Source: an uncultured Gammaproteobacteria bacterium (GTDB lineage: Bacteria; Patescibacteriota; Patescibacteriia; Magasanikbacterales; GWA2-37-8). From it: a DNA stretch of 64,000 nt. The notes under the pieces were generated by a model, which did no database searches, had not been told where the DNA came from, and saw only the letters and a list, made by a program, of their open reading frames with translations. The DNA lies in contig CAZINT010000001.1 in NCBI GenBank assembly GCA_964540825.1, positions 219,396 to 283,395 on the forward strand. The letters run 5' to 3'. Positions 19,230-30,304 of this stretch are shown here, piece by piece. Positions within the stretch are counted from its first letter, which is position 1. Every line of letters starts with the position of its first letter. A program made the position numbers and the translations under genes.

Positions 19230-20360
19230 TTAGTGCAAACTAATCCAGAGTGCTAAAAGTACAAACCCGGCATGGATCATCCAAAAACGCATCACGGTTT
19301 TTTCTTCGCTCCAGCCGCGAATTTCGAAGTGGTGGTGAATTGGTGCCATTTTAAAAATGCGGCGGCCGAGGAGGTGACGGCCGAGGATTTGGATGATAAC
19401 ACTGCCGAGTTCGGCGTAGAAAATAAAACCAAACAGGGGAATGAGAATAAGCCGGTTAATGACAATGCAGTTGATAGCCAGGAGCGCACCCAAGCCCAGC
19501 GACCCGACGTCGCCCATCTGAAAGCGTGCCGGTTTAATATTGAAATAGGTATAGGTCATGAGCGCGCCAACCACGGTGGCGTTTACGATAGCGATCGAAG
19601 CATACCCTTCGATCCACGAAAGCAGCGTGAGGGTTGAAAAGGTGAGAATGAGTGATCCGCCGGCGAGGCCATCCATGCCATCCGAAATATTAACGGCATT
19701 GGAACTGAGAAAAACAAAAATAATAATAAGTGGAATAATGAGCCAGCCGATCGACACAAAACCGTGAAAGGGCAGGTAGACGTCACGCCACTGCTCGCCG
19801 AGCTTAAAATAAATCCACCAGGCCGTAATCGCACCTGCTGCAAGCTGGAAAAGCATGCGTTCGTGGACATGTAAACCTTTGCCCGGGTGCGACCCTAGCC
19901 AGAGGCCAACGCGTTTAAAGAGTGACCAGGGGAAAGTGATGATGAGCCAGAGGCGTTGCTTCCAATCTTTGTGAACACGAATCAGGGTTAAGATGTGTCT
20001 GATTTTTTTAGTGCGCCGTTCATGGCCCATGATGTTGAGAACGTCATCAATACCACCAAGGAGTGCGGAAAGAAGCATGACGCCGATAGGCACCCAGGTA
20101 TACTGGCGGTTCCAGTTAAACAACATGGTAATGACCGCGGTAGTAATAATGACTAAGAGGCCGCCCATAACCGGCACCCCGGCTTTACTGCGACGGGCGC
20201 CCATAGCGAGTGTGGCGTCGTATTCCGGGTTACGGACAATTTTGTATTTATAGAGAAAAGAAATGAGCAGTGGCGCCCATAGAAAGGCAATAAAAGCAGA
20301 AAGTAGACCAAAAAAAATGGCAGTCGTTAGCGAATTGAGGACTTCGGGAGTAAGTGGCAT
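19230..20360 (-). CDS. mraY: phospho-N-acetylmuramoyl-pentapeptide transferase
   Basis: DGMDGLAGG and MAPIHHHFE hallmark motifs, 10 TM segments. Confidence 0.9.
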   Translation of the reverse strand: MPLTPEVLNSLTTAIFFGLLSAFIAFLWAPLLISFLYKYKIVRNPEYDATLAMGARRSKAGVPVMGGLLVIITTAVITMLFNWNRQYTWVPIGVMLLSALLGGIDDVLNIMGHERRTKKIRHILTLIRVHKDWKQRLWLIITFPWSLFKRVGLWLGSHPGKGLHVHERMLFQLAAGAITAWWIYFKLGEQWRDVYLPFHGFVSIGWLIIPLIIIFVFLSSNAVNISDGMDGLAGGSLILTFSTLTLLSWIEGYASIAIVNATVVGALMTYTYFNIKPARFQMGDVGSLGLGALLAINCIVINRLILIPLFGFIFYAELGSVIIQILGRHLLGRRIFKMAPIHHHFEIRGWSEEKTVMRFWMIHAGFVLLALWISLH

Positions 20361-20455
20361 ATAAGGCTTAGTTTAGCACTAAATTAGCAGGCAAGCAAGT
20401 TGTATGCTGGTCGGGGGTATGTTATAGTATTTTGGCTTAATACTACCATTTTACT

Positions 20456-21709
20456 ATGGAAACGTACGATATCGCGATTGTAGGGGCTAGTTTTGCAGGT
20501 CTAACGATGGGGTGCCATCTGCCATCTGGAAATAAGGCGATCATTCTTGACCGAAAAACGCGCCTTGATACGGCGATTGAAACAACGGGCCTGGTTACCG
20601 AGGCAACCCGCGGTCTCCTGAAAGAGTTTTGTGATGTTGACCGGTTTATTCCAAACCATATTACAACTATTGGGGTTGTTTCGCCGGATTATAATAAATA
20701 TTTTTTTTCACACACGGATAAGCCGTGGATTTATTCCACCGATACCCCGGCGCTCGTGGGGCACTTGGCCGAAAAGTTACCAGCGCAGACTGAGCTTCGT
20801 TTGGGCGCCGGACTTGTGGGATATGAATATGAAGAAAGCGAACAATATCCGGTAGTGGTTACGTATCTGCATGAAGGCACCAAAAAACAACTGCGCGCTA
20901 AATTTATTATCGGGGCCGACGGTTCGCACTCGACGGTGGCGAAACTTAATCCGCATTTGTCAAAGAATAAAAAGTTTTTGGCTGGGTTCGAAAAAGTATT
21001 TTACGGTGATATTTTATTTGGTGACCATACGGAAAATACGATTTATCATTTTTGGTTCGGAGAATTTTCAATTGGGTATGGCGGCTGGCTCTCACCAACG
21101 ATTATTAATGGTAAGAAAGCGTTTCGTCTGGGCCTGGCGAAGCTCGAAAAAGATTTGAAAGATATTAAAAAGATTGATGAATTTATTGCTATTTTACAGG
21201 CTAAAAAAATTATTCGGATTGATGGTGATCCAACGAAGCCGGTGGTTGGTTTTGGGCACCTAATTCCGATTGGTGGCACGCTGACGTTTGTACACGACAT
21301 ACACGCGCTTCTGATTGGTGATGCGGCGGGGTTCTGCGGCGCGTTTGCGGCGGATGGTATTAAGGGTGCAATTGTGTCGGGCAAAATTGCCGCTGACATT
21401 GTGCCAAAGTATCTGGCAGGAGACCGCGCAATTTTAAAAACGTATAAAAATAAAATACAGTCCGAAAGCGGGCTGATGCACTATTATCGCAAACAAGTAC
21501 TCTACAGGTTTTTGTGGGATCGCATGAAGTCAAACCGAACATTTCATGCCTTATTTGATTTGGTCGCTCGGCAGAAAGATACATTTGTGTACCAATTTTG
21601 CGAGAGCAAAGATCGGCGCAAAAGTTTGCTCACAATCGTCCTGAAACCGCAGAATACACGGCTGCTTATAAAGTATGGGTTTCTGGTGGTGCTTGATTTA
21701 TTTCGCTAG
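20456..21709 (+). CDS. FAD-dependent oxidoreductase (geranylgeranyl-reductase-like)
   Basis: DIAIVGASFAGL dinucleotide-binding motif, GDAAGF motif. Confidence 0.55.
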   Translation: METYDIAIVGASFAGLTMGCHLPSGNKAIILDRKTRLDTAIETTGLVTEATRGLLKEFCDVDRFIPNHITTIGVVSPDYNKYFFSHTDKPWIYSTDTPALVGHLAEKLPAQTELRLGAGLVGYEYEESEQYPVVVTYLHEGTKKQLRAKFIIGADGSHSTVAKLNPHLSKNKKFLAGFEKVFYGDILFGDHTENTIYHFWFGEFSIGYGGWLSPTIINGKKAFRLGLAKLEKDLKDIKKIDEFIAILQAKKIIRIDGDPTKPVVGFGHLIPIGGTLTFVHDIHALLIGDAAGFCGAFAADGIKGAIVSGKIAADIVPKYLAGDRAILKTYKNKIQSESGLMHYYRKQVLYRFLWDRMKSNRTFHALFDLVARQKDTFVYQFCESKDRRKSLLTIVLKPQNTRLLIKYGFLVVLDLFR

Positions 21710-22468
21710 AGCCTTTAAACGACGAAGTTCGAGTGTTTGCGCTTCCCGTGCACGTTGGTACGTTTCATTGTGATCGCCGGTACAGTTTTGTTCGGTCCAG
21801 GCAGCTTCGGTAAGCGGGGCATCAGGGTAATTTATAATAATCATACCTCGGCGAACCCCATGGTTGTATTTTCCATCAGCCGCCCATTGCAAGGCGTGGG
21901 TGTAGGTAAGCACGGTGATATTTTTTTCTTTTTTGACATCGGTTATGACTACCACATGATCATAATCATGTTGAGGGTTAGTGCCCAGCATGATTATGAA
22001 GTCGCCAGGCCTCGCTTCGCTAACGGGGACAACAGTGCTATTGCGGTCGTGGGCTAATACTTTGACGCCAGCATTTTCCGCGGGGCGCATTTTGATAATG
22101 AGTTTGCGGAAAATATTTTTAGCTTGCGGAAAATATAATGCGTCGCCTAATTTTTTTTTGTGCAGGGCGCAGAGTTCGGCATTAAGTACATGATACGCAA
22201 AGCCCGAACAATCAACGCCGAGTTTGTGGTCAACTAGAAATTTTTGTAAAGTTTCGTTATCAAGCCTTTCTAAATCGATCTTGTCCTTGAGCGAAATAAT
22301 CAGCGCTTCCTCGGCAATATCTTCGGGTGATCCTTTCCCGATGAGGACGCGCAAGCCGCCACGCATACCGCTCCGGCGATTGTTATAGTACGGGCAGGCC
22401 ACCTGACGGTTAGGAAAGGGGAGGGTGAGGTAGTCGTTGATGACTGTTTCGGCCTGGGGAGAAAGCAT
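21698..22468 (-). CDS. papain-fold cysteine peptidase-like protein (NlpC/P60-CHAP superfamily), putative
   Basis: GVDCSGFAYHV catalytic-Cys-like motif plus a downstream His. Confidence 0.35.
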   Translation of the reverse strand: MLSPQAETVINDYLTLPFPNRQVACPYYNNRRSGMRGGLRVLIGKGSPEDIAEEALIISLKDKIDLERLDNETLQKFLVDHKLGVDCSGFAYHVLNAELCALHKKKLGDALYFPQAKNIFRKLIIKMRPAENAGVKVLAHDRNSTVVPVSEARPGDFIIMLGTNPQHDYDHVVVITDVKKEKNITVLTYTHALQWAADGKYNHGVRRGMIIINYPDAPLTEAAWTEQNCTGDHNETYQRAREAQTLELRRLKALAK

Positions 22469-22476
22469 AGGGTAAG

Positions 22477-23730
22477 CTATTTGAGACTTTTTAAATAGGT
22501 CGCTTGAGCGGCGCGACTTTTTTGTTGCGCAGCTTCAAGTTCTGCCAAATCGTTAAAGATGCCCTGCTGCGCTGATTGAATTCGTAAAAAATCTGTTTCA
22601 AGTTCGGTGTTTACATAGGGGATTACAGTGTGGTTGGCTTCATGGGCACTTTTGATGATCGCTTTTTGTTGTTTTTTAAGGAGGGGATAGAGCGAAGTGA
22701 CTTTATAAACAATCTGTCCGCCGGTCCAAAGGTCAATAAGTGTATTCCGAGTATTTTTTAAACCGAGCAGGCTCGAGAGGTGTGCCTCAAAAATAGTGTG
22801 GGCACTTTTATTTTTTTGCAGCATTTGAAGTTGTGACTCGTACGTCGTACTGGCCGGCTGTCGCGCATTAATTTCAATGAGATAAAACTTTCTGTTTTTT
22901 TGATCAAAGACAACGTCGATCCCAAAGAGGCCCTTCCAACCGGCGGCGGCCATTTTTTTGCCGATCGCGCCGGCGAGGGCGCAATATTTGTTGTACAAAG
23001 TTTCGGTTAATAAGTCGTAAGGAAGCCCCCAATCATTGCCGATTGTAGCGAAGGGTCGTTCGGTAAATGGCCAGAGCCCGGTTATTTGGTAGCTAATGTT
23101 GCCGATAAAAGTTGTTTTGTCCCATTCGACGTTGTTGCTGGTGAGCATCGGCCCCTCAATATATTGTGTGACACGCGTTGGGCGATCAGGAAATTGTTTT
23201 TGAATTTCTTGAAGTTGTTTTTTGGATTCAATAAGTATGGTCCCGCTACCGGTATGAGCGCGGTTAAATTGCAAGATAAACTTTTCACCGGTGAATTTAA
23301 TTTTTTTACACGGTAAGATTTGGTGCGGTGGCAGATATTTAGCGAGTTTGCCAAGCCATTCCACCTGAGTGATCTTTTCTTCAATTTTACTGGCGAGTTC
23401 CGCGGGCGGGTTCAGGAGGGGCCAGTTGTTTTCCTGGCAGGCTTGTTCGATAGCTGAAGTATTTTTAAAAACGACAATATGCGGATTTTTAATTTTTTTG
23501 ATGAACTTTATAGTTAGAGGATGGGTGAGGAGTTCGCGGGTATCAAGCAGGGTTTTATTTTTGATCAAAAGTACCCCTGGGCGGGTTTTGGCAATCTGCT
23601 TCCCAAAGGGGGTATTGTTTGTTACTATGAAGTAGTTTTTAGTCTTCGGAGGTAACCCTAAAGCCCGCTCGATATCGCGGGTTACATAGACGACGGGTTG
23701 TTTCTTTAAGGCTAATTCTAGGGCTTTCAT
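22477..23730 (-). CDS. hypothetical protein, possibly ATP-grasp-type ligase
   Basis: 417 aa; weak resemblance only. Confidence 0.3.
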   Translation of the reverse strand: MKALELALKKQPVVYVTRDIERALGLPPKTKNYFIVTNNTPFGKQIAKTRPGVLLIKNKTLLDTRELLTHPLTIKFIKKIKNPHIVVFKNTSAIEQACQENNWPLLNPPAELASKIEEKITQVEWLGKLAKYLPPHQILPCKKIKFTGEKFILQFNRAHTGSGTILIESKKQLQEIQKQFPDRPTRVTQYIEGPMLTSNNVEWDKTTFIGNISYQITGLWPFTERPFATIGNDWGLPYDLLTETLYNKYCALAGAIGKKMAAAGWKGLFGIDVVFDQKNRKFYLIEINARQPASTTYESQLQMLQKNKSAHTIFEAHLSSLLGLKNTRNTLIDLWTGGQIVYKVTSLYPLLKKQQKAIIKSAHEANHTVIPYVNTELETDFLRIQSAQQGIFNDLAELEAAQQKSRAAQATYLKSLK

Positions 23731-23773
23731 AAGGTGGTAGTCTACTAAAAAAGAAGGTTTTTGACAACATGGT

Positions 23774-24709
23774 ATGCAGGAACTCTATAAACAGCTTAAA
23801 GAATACGGTCATGTTCGCCCTGGCGCACTTATGGCCAGATACACCACGTTCCATATTGGCGGGCCGGTGCAATTTATGGTTGAAGTACAAGAAACTGAAA
23901 AATTGGTAGCGCTTTTGAATTACTTGATGGGGGAAGGCGTGCCGTATTTCGTTTTAGGCGGCGGATCCAATCTCTTGTGGCAGGACGATGAATGGGAGGG
24001 TGTGGTTATAAAAATAGAAACTCGAAAAATGCAATTGGAAGGTCAAGAAATTATGGCTGAGGCCGGTGCTGCATTTGCCGCGATGGTGATGCTGGCAGTA
24101 CAAAATAATTTAGCCGGACTTGAATGGGCGGCGGGAATGCCGGGATCGGTCGGCGGCGCAGTGCGCGGGAATGCTGGCGCAATGGACAGCGACACGAGTC
24201 GATCGCTTGAAAAAATTGAAGTGTGGCGCGATGGTGAAATTATAATTTTAAAACCTGAGGATTGTGAATATGGGTATCGCGACAGCGCGTTTAAGCGCAA
24301 CACTGATGTTGTGCTCCGGGCCTGGTTCAAAACTACTCCGGGAGACAAGATTGCTTTGATGCAAACCATGCAGGCGACGATTAAAGGCAGAAACGGTAAA
24401 TATCCGGCTTCGCCGTCAGCCGGGAGCTTCTTTAAAAATATCGATGTTAGTGCCTGGACTGGTGACAAGACAAAACTCCCTGAACAGTTTTTGAAGAGTG
24501 GTAAAATCCCCGCTGGTTGGATTAATGAACAAAACGGGCTTAAAGGTTTTGCTGTAGGCGGGGCAAAAGTATCGGACGAACATGGTAATTTTTTGATTAA
24601 TTACGATAAGGCTACCCAAAGCGATGTTTTGGGGGTTGTTGAGGAAGTACAAAAACGGGTGTATGATACCTTTAAGACCGAGCTGGAGCCGGAAGTCGTT
24701 ATTAAATAA
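23774..24709 (+). CDS. murB: UDP-N-acetylenolpyruvoylglucosamine reductase
   Basis: FAD-binding N-terminus, GGGSNLL, C-terminal MurB domain. Confidence 0.85.
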   Translation: MQELYKQLKEYGHVRPGALMARYTTFHIGGPVQFMVEVQETEKLVALLNYLMGEGVPYFVLGGGSNLLWQDDEWEGVVIKIETRKMQLEGQEIMAEAGAAFAAMVMLAVQNNLAGLEWAAGMPGSVGGAVRGNAGAMDSDTSRSLEKIEVWRDGEIIILKPEDCEYGYRDSAFKRNTDVVLRAWFKTTPGDKIALMQTMQATIKGRNGKYPASPSAGSFFKNIDVSAWTGDKTKLPEQFLKSGKIPAGWINEQNGLKGFAVGGAKVSDEHGNFLINYDKATQSDVLGVVEEVQKRVYDTFKTELEPEVVIK

Positions 24710-24735
24710 TAGGATTTATTCTTAATTCTACGCAT

Positions 24736-25095
24736 ATGCAGATCACCACTACGGGGAGAGGTATTGAGCTTACGGAGGCCATTAAGGAATATGTTGAAAA
24801 GAAACTGGGGGTACTTGAGAAATTTTTTGATCGCATCGAACGGGTGGAAGTTACGGTTGGCATGGAAACGCACCATCATGCTAAAGGCGACATTTTCTTT
24901 GCCGAAGCAAAACTTTTGGTGCCGGGCAACGATCTGTTCGTTAAAGAAGTTAATAGTACGCTTTACACCGCGATTGATGCAATTCGTGATCGTTTGGAAA
25001 ACGATCTTAAAAAACACAAAATTACCCTTGCCGGGAATGTAAAAAAACAAAAAGCCGAAGGCAGGGCCGTGAAGGAATACGTTCCTGAAGAATAA
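24736..25095 (+). CDS. hpf: ribosome hibernation promoting factor / RaiA
   Basis: 119 aa; MQITTTGRGIELTEAIKEYVEKKL typical of HPF/YfiA. Confidence 0.85.
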   Translation: MQITTTGRGIELTEAIKEYVEKKLGVLEKFFDRIERVEVTVGMETHHHAKGDIFFAEAKLLVPGNDLFVKEVNSTLYTAIDAIRDRLENDLKKHKITLAGNVKKQKAEGRAVKEYVPEE

Positions 25096-25101
25096 AGGTG
25101 T

Positions 25102-27375
25102 ATGCAGCAACTTAAAAAAGTATTCATGTTTTTTTGGGCCAGAGTGTATTCTCTGGCTGCTGCGTTTATAATCGCCGGCGGGTGGATGTGGTACCACGGT
25201 AACAAGCACTACCATCTGAGGCTGGTTATCATCACGTTTCTCCTGGCGGTCGGTATTTTTATCGCTTATCAGCTAGGGGAATGGCTGTATGGATATTTAG
25301 TTAGACGTTTTGATCGACATCCGTTCTGGCAACAAGAATTCCGGGGATTTTTGGACAGAATTTTTTTTATTCTTTCCCTTTTGTTTGTAGTATTTTTGTC
25401 GCGCAGTGAACTTGTGAGCCTCATCTACGTGTCGCTGGTACTTTTGGTTTTATTTTGGAGACTGCATACCTATATTGCCAAACACCCGGCGCCGGAACTC
25501 TGGCTCATCGTAAACAAACAGGTTTTTGCTTTGGCGTATTTTATTTTTATTGTTCAGGCGGTTTGCCAATACGCTGCGTATCACTATTATATTCTCGATT
25601 CGAATATTAAATTTTTTAATATTGTCTTGTTCCGCTCGGCCGCTATGACCGGGTTTTGGCTCCTGGGGTTTGCGGTCGCGAGCACACTCTATTGGCGGCT
25701 CAAAGGCCTAGTGCGCTACGCGGCAGTAGCCCTGTGGGGAACGCTTTTTTCCATTGTAATGGCAGTCTGGACGGTGAATATCGGTATTTTGTATTACTCC
25801 GGATTATATTTTAGCCCGGTAGTTATCGATCATGTGGAGGGGGCCGGAAGTGTGGCTGAAAATAATCTGACCTATATATTGGCTGCCGTATTTTTGGCAA
25901 CACTGGTGGCGTTTATTTGGCTTCTGCGCTCGGTCTACCAGGCGCATGCGCGAACAGCGGGAAAATATTGGCATTATTATAATGCGGTGATTGTGCTTAT
26001 GGCTTTGGGCGCGATATTCGGCTTATCGTCGTTTAAAAATACCCCCGAACACAAGATTGTGGAATCGTTTTACGACCGCTATTTTGGTACCGAAGTGCAT
26101 GTCGATTTGCCGCCTGCCTTGCAGCAAAAGCTGGAACGATTCGGGCTTTTTTATGACCTGAATAATTTTAAAGTCAGTCACCACGAAACTGTATTTAGCG
26201 CTTCGTCTACGCAGCAGTTTTTGCCTGATCGGCTTGTTGCCAATAAACCCAATATTGTTATTTTTTACCTCGAAGGCTATTCGGCCAGACTTACGGATGT
26301 ATACGACCCGAATAAATTTCCAGGGCTTACCCCCGGGCTCGATGCTTTTGCAGCCGATCCGCACACGACGGTTTTTAGTAATTATTACAACGCTTCTACG
26401 CCGACGATTACCGGTACGCTCTCGCAGATGTGTTCGTTCTTGCCGCCAACGGGGCATAATGAAATCCAAAATGATCGCAAACTGCAGAACCATCACTTGC
26501 TGTGTTTTCCGGATATCCTCAAAAAAGATGGTGGGTATAAATATGCAGCGTACGTAACGGCGGTAGATAAAGAGTACGCCAATAAAGAAGGTATTTTTAC
26601 GAGCGCTGGAGTAGATAAGGTATTTGGTACGAGTGAATTAAAGAAATATATTTCGGGCGAACCGTTATCCTGGGGGTATTCGGATCACCAGCTTTTTCCG
26701 GCCGTCTGGAATTTTATGCAAACTGCTCCGCAGCCGTTCCTGATGATGCTCGCGACCGTTGATACCCATCCGCCGTTTAATCTGTCTCAGGATATTGTGC
26801 CGTATGGCAACGGTAAAGATGATGTGCTGAATTCATTCCGCACAACTGATGATGCTTTCCAAAAGTTTTGGGAAGAATTCAAAACTAGCCCGTTCTATCA
26901 AAACACGATTGTTGTCGCGGTGGCTGATCATGCTATTTTCCCGGCAGCCCTGACTAAAGATTTATTCCCCGCGGAAGCCAAGACCCTCAGTTACTATGAC
27001 CAGAATACCTTCCTCATGTATGTGCCGGATGGAAAACTCCCGAAAAAGGTTGATACGTATTCATCGGGGATTGACGTCACGCCGACACTCTTGCAGATCC
27101 TTAATTTGAATGTGCCCAATTCGTTTGAAGGTCACTCGATTTTTGACGACCGCAGCAAATACCCTAACCTGGTGGGTATGCATGAACTGGGACTCTTTAT
27201 TAATCAGCAGGTCCCGGGTGACAAACGCAAAACTGATTACGATATTCCCGACGACCTTGATTGTCCGGCTGAATTGAATGTGTCATCAACTGCACCTTTG
27301 ACGCTGTGTGAGTTTGCTCAGTTTTATAAATGGAAGCGGCAAATGTTCGAAGAAGGCCGACTTTGGGAAAAATAA
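25102..27375 (+). CDS. LtaS-like sulfatase-family membrane protein
   Basis: N-terminal multi-TM block plus C-terminal alkaline-phosphatase-superfamily domain. Confidence 0.65.
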   Translation: MQQLKKVFMFFWARVYSLAAAFIIAGGWMWYHGNKHYHLRLVIITFLLAVGIFIAYQLGEWLYGYLVRRFDRHPFWQQEFRGFLDRIFFILSLLFVVFLSRSELVSLIYVSLVLLVLFWRLHTYIAKHPAPELWLIVNKQVFALAYFIFIVQAVCQYAAYHYYILDSNIKFFNIVLFRSAAMTGFWLLGFAVASTLYWRLKGLVRYAAVALWGTLFSIVMAVWTVNIGILYYSGLYFSPVVIDHVEGAGSVAENNLTYILAAVFLATLVAFIWLLRSVYQAHARTAGKYWHYYNAVIVLMALGAIFGLSSFKNTPEHKIVESFYDRYFGTEVHVDLPPALQQKLERFGLFYDLNNFKVSHHETVFSASSTQQFLPDRLVANKPNIVIFYLEGYSARLTDVYDPNKFPGLTPGLDAFAADPHTTVFSNYYNASTPTITGTLSQMCSFLPPTGHNEIQNDRKLQNHHLLCFPDILKKDGGYKYAAYVTAVDKEYANKEGIFTSAGVDKVFGTSELKKYISGEPLSWGYSDHQLFPAVWNFMQTAPQPFLMMLATVDTHPPFNLSQDIVPYGNGKDDVLNSFRTTDDAFQKFWEEFKTSPFYQNTIVVAVADHAIFPAALTKDLFPAEAKTLSYYDQNTFLMYVPDGKLPKKVDTYSSGIDVTPTLLQILNLNVPNSFEGHSIFDDRSKYPNLVGMHELGLFINQQVPGDKRKTDYDIPDDLDCPAELNVSSTAPLTLCEFAQFYKWKRQMFEEGRLWEK

Positions 27376-27384
27376 TTTTGTTGT

Positions 27385-29883
27385 ATGGAGCTTGAAGAAT
27401 TAAAAAAGATTGTGCAAAGCAAGGGGGCGTACCGCGGACTTAGTGCCGAAGCGGCACAGAAGCGCCTGGCCCAGTATGGCCCCAATGCGCGGCCACTGAA
27501 GCGTCCGGCAGGCTGGTACGTTCGCTTGTGGCGGATTATTTCCGAACCCATGACCCTCCTCTTGCTCGTTACGGCGGTGGTGTACTTTTTCGTGGGTACC
27601 CTGTTTGAAACAGTAATCTTGGCCTTATCGGTAATTCCACTTATTATTATTCAGTTTTTTCAGGAACAAAAAACTGATGAGGCGCTCCGGGCTTTGGATC
27701 GCCTGCTCACCGAAAACTGCCAGGTTTTTCGGGATGGTGCTGTCAGTACGCTGGATATTCGTTTACTCGTGCCGGGAGATTATGTCTATCTAACCGCCGG
27801 AGACAAAATTCCAGCCGATGGGTATCTGCTCGCATCGCCGGGGGCATTGATTGATGAATCGATTTTGACCGGTGAATCTGTTCCTGTTGCCAAGGCGGTG
27901 GTGCCAAGTTCGTTAAAAACTAAAGAAAGCGAACATCTTTTGCTGCAGGGCACGCTGCTCGTGCAGGGTGAAGGGTACATGCTCGTAACGGCAACCGGTG
28001 CGGCGACTACTTATGGAAAACTGGGGTCACTTTTAGAAAATATTGCTCTGGTAGAAACACCGCTGCAGAAAAAAATTCATTCGCTGGTAAAAATATTAGC
28101 AGTTGTAGCTGTGCTTACGGCAATATTTTTTGGCATTATTTTAAGCGTGCGGCACGGGTTTGTTTCCGGCCTTCTTGGTGCACTCACGATTTCGATCGCC
28201 ATTATCCCTGAAGAATTTCCCATTGTATTTAGTGTTTTTTTGATCATGGGTGTGTGGCGCATGAGTAAACGTCAGGCCTTGGTGCGCCAGATGGCCATGG
28301 TTGAGACGCTCGGCTCAGCGACGGTTATTTGTACTGATAAGACCGGAACCCTGACCGAAGGAACGATGTCGCTTGAAGTTGTATATTACAATAAAAAGTT
28401 AGTACCCATTGCTAAAAAGAAAACCGGTGATGATTATGAACCGCTTATTCGGGCGGCAACGTTAGCACTGGAGCAAGTGGCGGTTGACCCGATCGAACAC
28501 GAAGTGCAGCGTTTCGCGACTGCAATAGGGTTGTCAAAAGTCGTGCTGCGCGACCAGTATCAGCTTCTTAAAGATTCGTCGTTTGAAGCGTCAACCAAAA
28601 CGGTCAGCCATATTTGGCAAAATCCGGCAGGCGAGATTTGCCAATATACCGCCGGAGCGCCGGAATCAATTTTACAAAAGTCCGATCTCTCGGTAAAAGA
28701 GCGTGACGAATTGACAGCGGTGTACGAGAAAATGGCCGCACAAGGGTACAGAATTATTGGGGTGGCTACGAAACCGCTCAAGAATGCTCAAAAATTTGTG
28801 AATGACAAGATGTTGTTTGCCGGATTTTTGTTTATGAGCGATCCCGTTCGAAACGGCGTGCCCGAAGCGATTGCGGTGTGTCAAAAAGCCGGGGTGCGGG
28901 TAATTATGATTACCGGTGACAGTCCGCTAACAGCGCTCGCGATTGGCAAAAAAATTGGCCTCGTAACCGAGCGCGCGGTACTGGGCGACGAGATTGAAAC
29001 TACTACCGTAGAAAGTTTGTCGGCGCTCGTACAAGACAATTCAATTTTTGCACGGGTTAGACCGGAGCAAAAATATCGGCTTGTAGAAGCGCTCCAAAAA
29101 CAGGGGCAGATTGTGGCTATGACAGGCGACGGGGTAAACGATGCGCCGGCGCTTAAAAAAGCGCAAATTGGCATCGCGATGGGAAAAAAGGGAACTGAGG
29201 TCGCGCGTGCTGCCGCTGGTATCGTGCTTCTTGATGATACGTTTCCGACGATCGTGAGCGCCGTTGAAGAAGGCCGCCGTATTTATGATAATCTTCGCCA
29301 GGCGTTTGTCTTCTTGTTTTCATTTCATATTCCGATTATTTTCCTGTCTTTTTTCCCGATTGTAATTGGTCAGAATTTATTTTTCCTTCCAATTCATATT
29401 GTGTTTCTCGAATTGTTTTGTGATCCGGCGTCGGTCTTAGGTTTTGAGCGTGATAAGGCCAGAAGACATGTAATGACCGAGCCGCCGCGAAAGGCAAGCG
29501 AGCCGCTTTTGCCGCCCAAATTATTGCTCAGGGTGGCTGTCCAAGGTATCGGGATTACCGCGGTTACTGTAGGGCTGTATTATTTTGGTATTCAAAGCGG
29601 TTCACCCGAAGTGGGTCGTACGCTTGGTATGAGTGCGCTCGTGATGACGCAGGTGTTTTTAATCTTGTTTACGCGCGAATGGCAACAGGTAAAAAGTAAT
29701 TGGCTCCTTTTGGTAATCAGTGCGCTGACGCTTGGCATGGTGGTGCTCTGGACGGTTGTGCCGGTTATCCAAGAAGCGTTCCGATTTGTACCGGTGTCTG
29801 GTGTGGTGTTTGGTGAAGTCGCACTACTTTCAATAGCGGCTGCCCTGGTTATGTCGCTGGTGACCAGACTCTTGAAAAAGTAA
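27385..29883 (+). CDS. cation-transporting P-type ATPase (P2-like)
   Basis: ICTDKTGTLT phosphorylation motif, TGES, MTGDGVNDAPALKKA. Confidence 0.9.
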   Translation: MELEELKKIVQSKGAYRGLSAEAAQKRLAQYGPNARPLKRPAGWYVRLWRIISEPMTLLLLVTAVVYFFVGTLFETVILALSVIPLIIIQFFQEQKTDEALRALDRLLTENCQVFRDGAVSTLDIRLLVPGDYVYLTAGDKIPADGYLLASPGALIDESILTGESVPVAKAVVPSSLKTKESEHLLLQGTLLVQGEGYMLVTATGAATTYGKLGSLLENIALVETPLQKKIHSLVKILAVVAVLTAIFFGIILSVRHGFVSGLLGALTISIAIIPEEFPIVFSVFLIMGVWRMSKRQALVRQMAMVETLGSATVICTDKTGTLTEGTMSLEVVYYNKKLVPIAKKKTGDDYEPLIRAATLALEQVAVDPIEHEVQRFATAIGLSKVVLRDQYQLLKDSSFEASTKTVSHIWQNPAGEICQYTAGAPESILQKSDLSVKERDELTAVYEKMAAQGYRIIGVATKPLKNAQKFVNDKMLFAGFLFMSDPVRNGVPEAIAVCQKAGVRVIMITGDSPLTALAIGKKIGLVTERAVLGDEIETTTVESLSALVQDNSIFARVRPEQKYRLVEALQKQGQIVAMTGDGVNDAPALKKAQIGIAMGKKGTEVARAAAGIVLLDDTFPTIVSAVEEGRRIYDNLRQAFVFLFSFHIPIIFLSFFPIVIGQNLFFLPIHIVFLELFCDPASVLGFERDKARRHVMTEPPRKASEPLLPPKLLLRVAVQGIGITAVTVGLYYFGIQSGSPEVGRTLGMSALVMTQVFLILFTREWQQVKSNWLLLVISALTLGMVVLWTVVPVIQEAFRFVPVSGVVFGEVALLSIAAALVMSLVTRLLKK

Positions 29884-29943
29884 ATTGTTATATTCTAGTG
29901 GTGTGATATAGTTATTTTAATTTTATTCATCTAATTTTCTTCT

Positions 29944-30255
29944 ATGCACATGGAAGCTGGGTATGTTCCACAAGAAGCATCTGCGAACAAGTCTCGAGAA
30001 GCAAAAAAGCTCGTTCAAGAAAACCTTTCTGTTGATTTAATTGTAAATAAATTAATTTATAGCGGCCTCGGTTCGCTGACTAACGAAGTTTCAACTGAAC
30101 AGACGGGGAAAATACTCAAAAGTAAACTTCTTGCTTTAGAAGTTAATGGAAAGCCAATGAAAACATTTGCGGAAGGTAAACAGATTACCGTCGAACGTAC
30201 AGGAGAAAATGATTTTACTTTTATTAGTGAACAGGCTGAACAAGAATTGAATTAA
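29944..30255 (+). CDS. hypothetical protein
   Basis: 103 aa ORF followed by a terminator. Confidence 0.3.
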   Translation: MHMEAGYVPQEASANKSREAKKLVQENLSVDLIVNKLIYSGLGSLTNEVSTEQTGKILKSKLLALEVNGKPMKTFAEGKQITVERTGENDFTFISEQAEQELN

Positions 30256-30272
30256 ATACTGGTATAATTAAA

Positions 30273-30303
30273 AAACCGACCCTCAGTTGAGGTCGGTTTT
30301 TTA
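30273..30303. terminator. bidirectional intrinsic terminator
   Basis: aaaaaccgaccctcagttgaggtcggtttttt. Confidence 0.65.
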
Positions 30304-30304
30304 A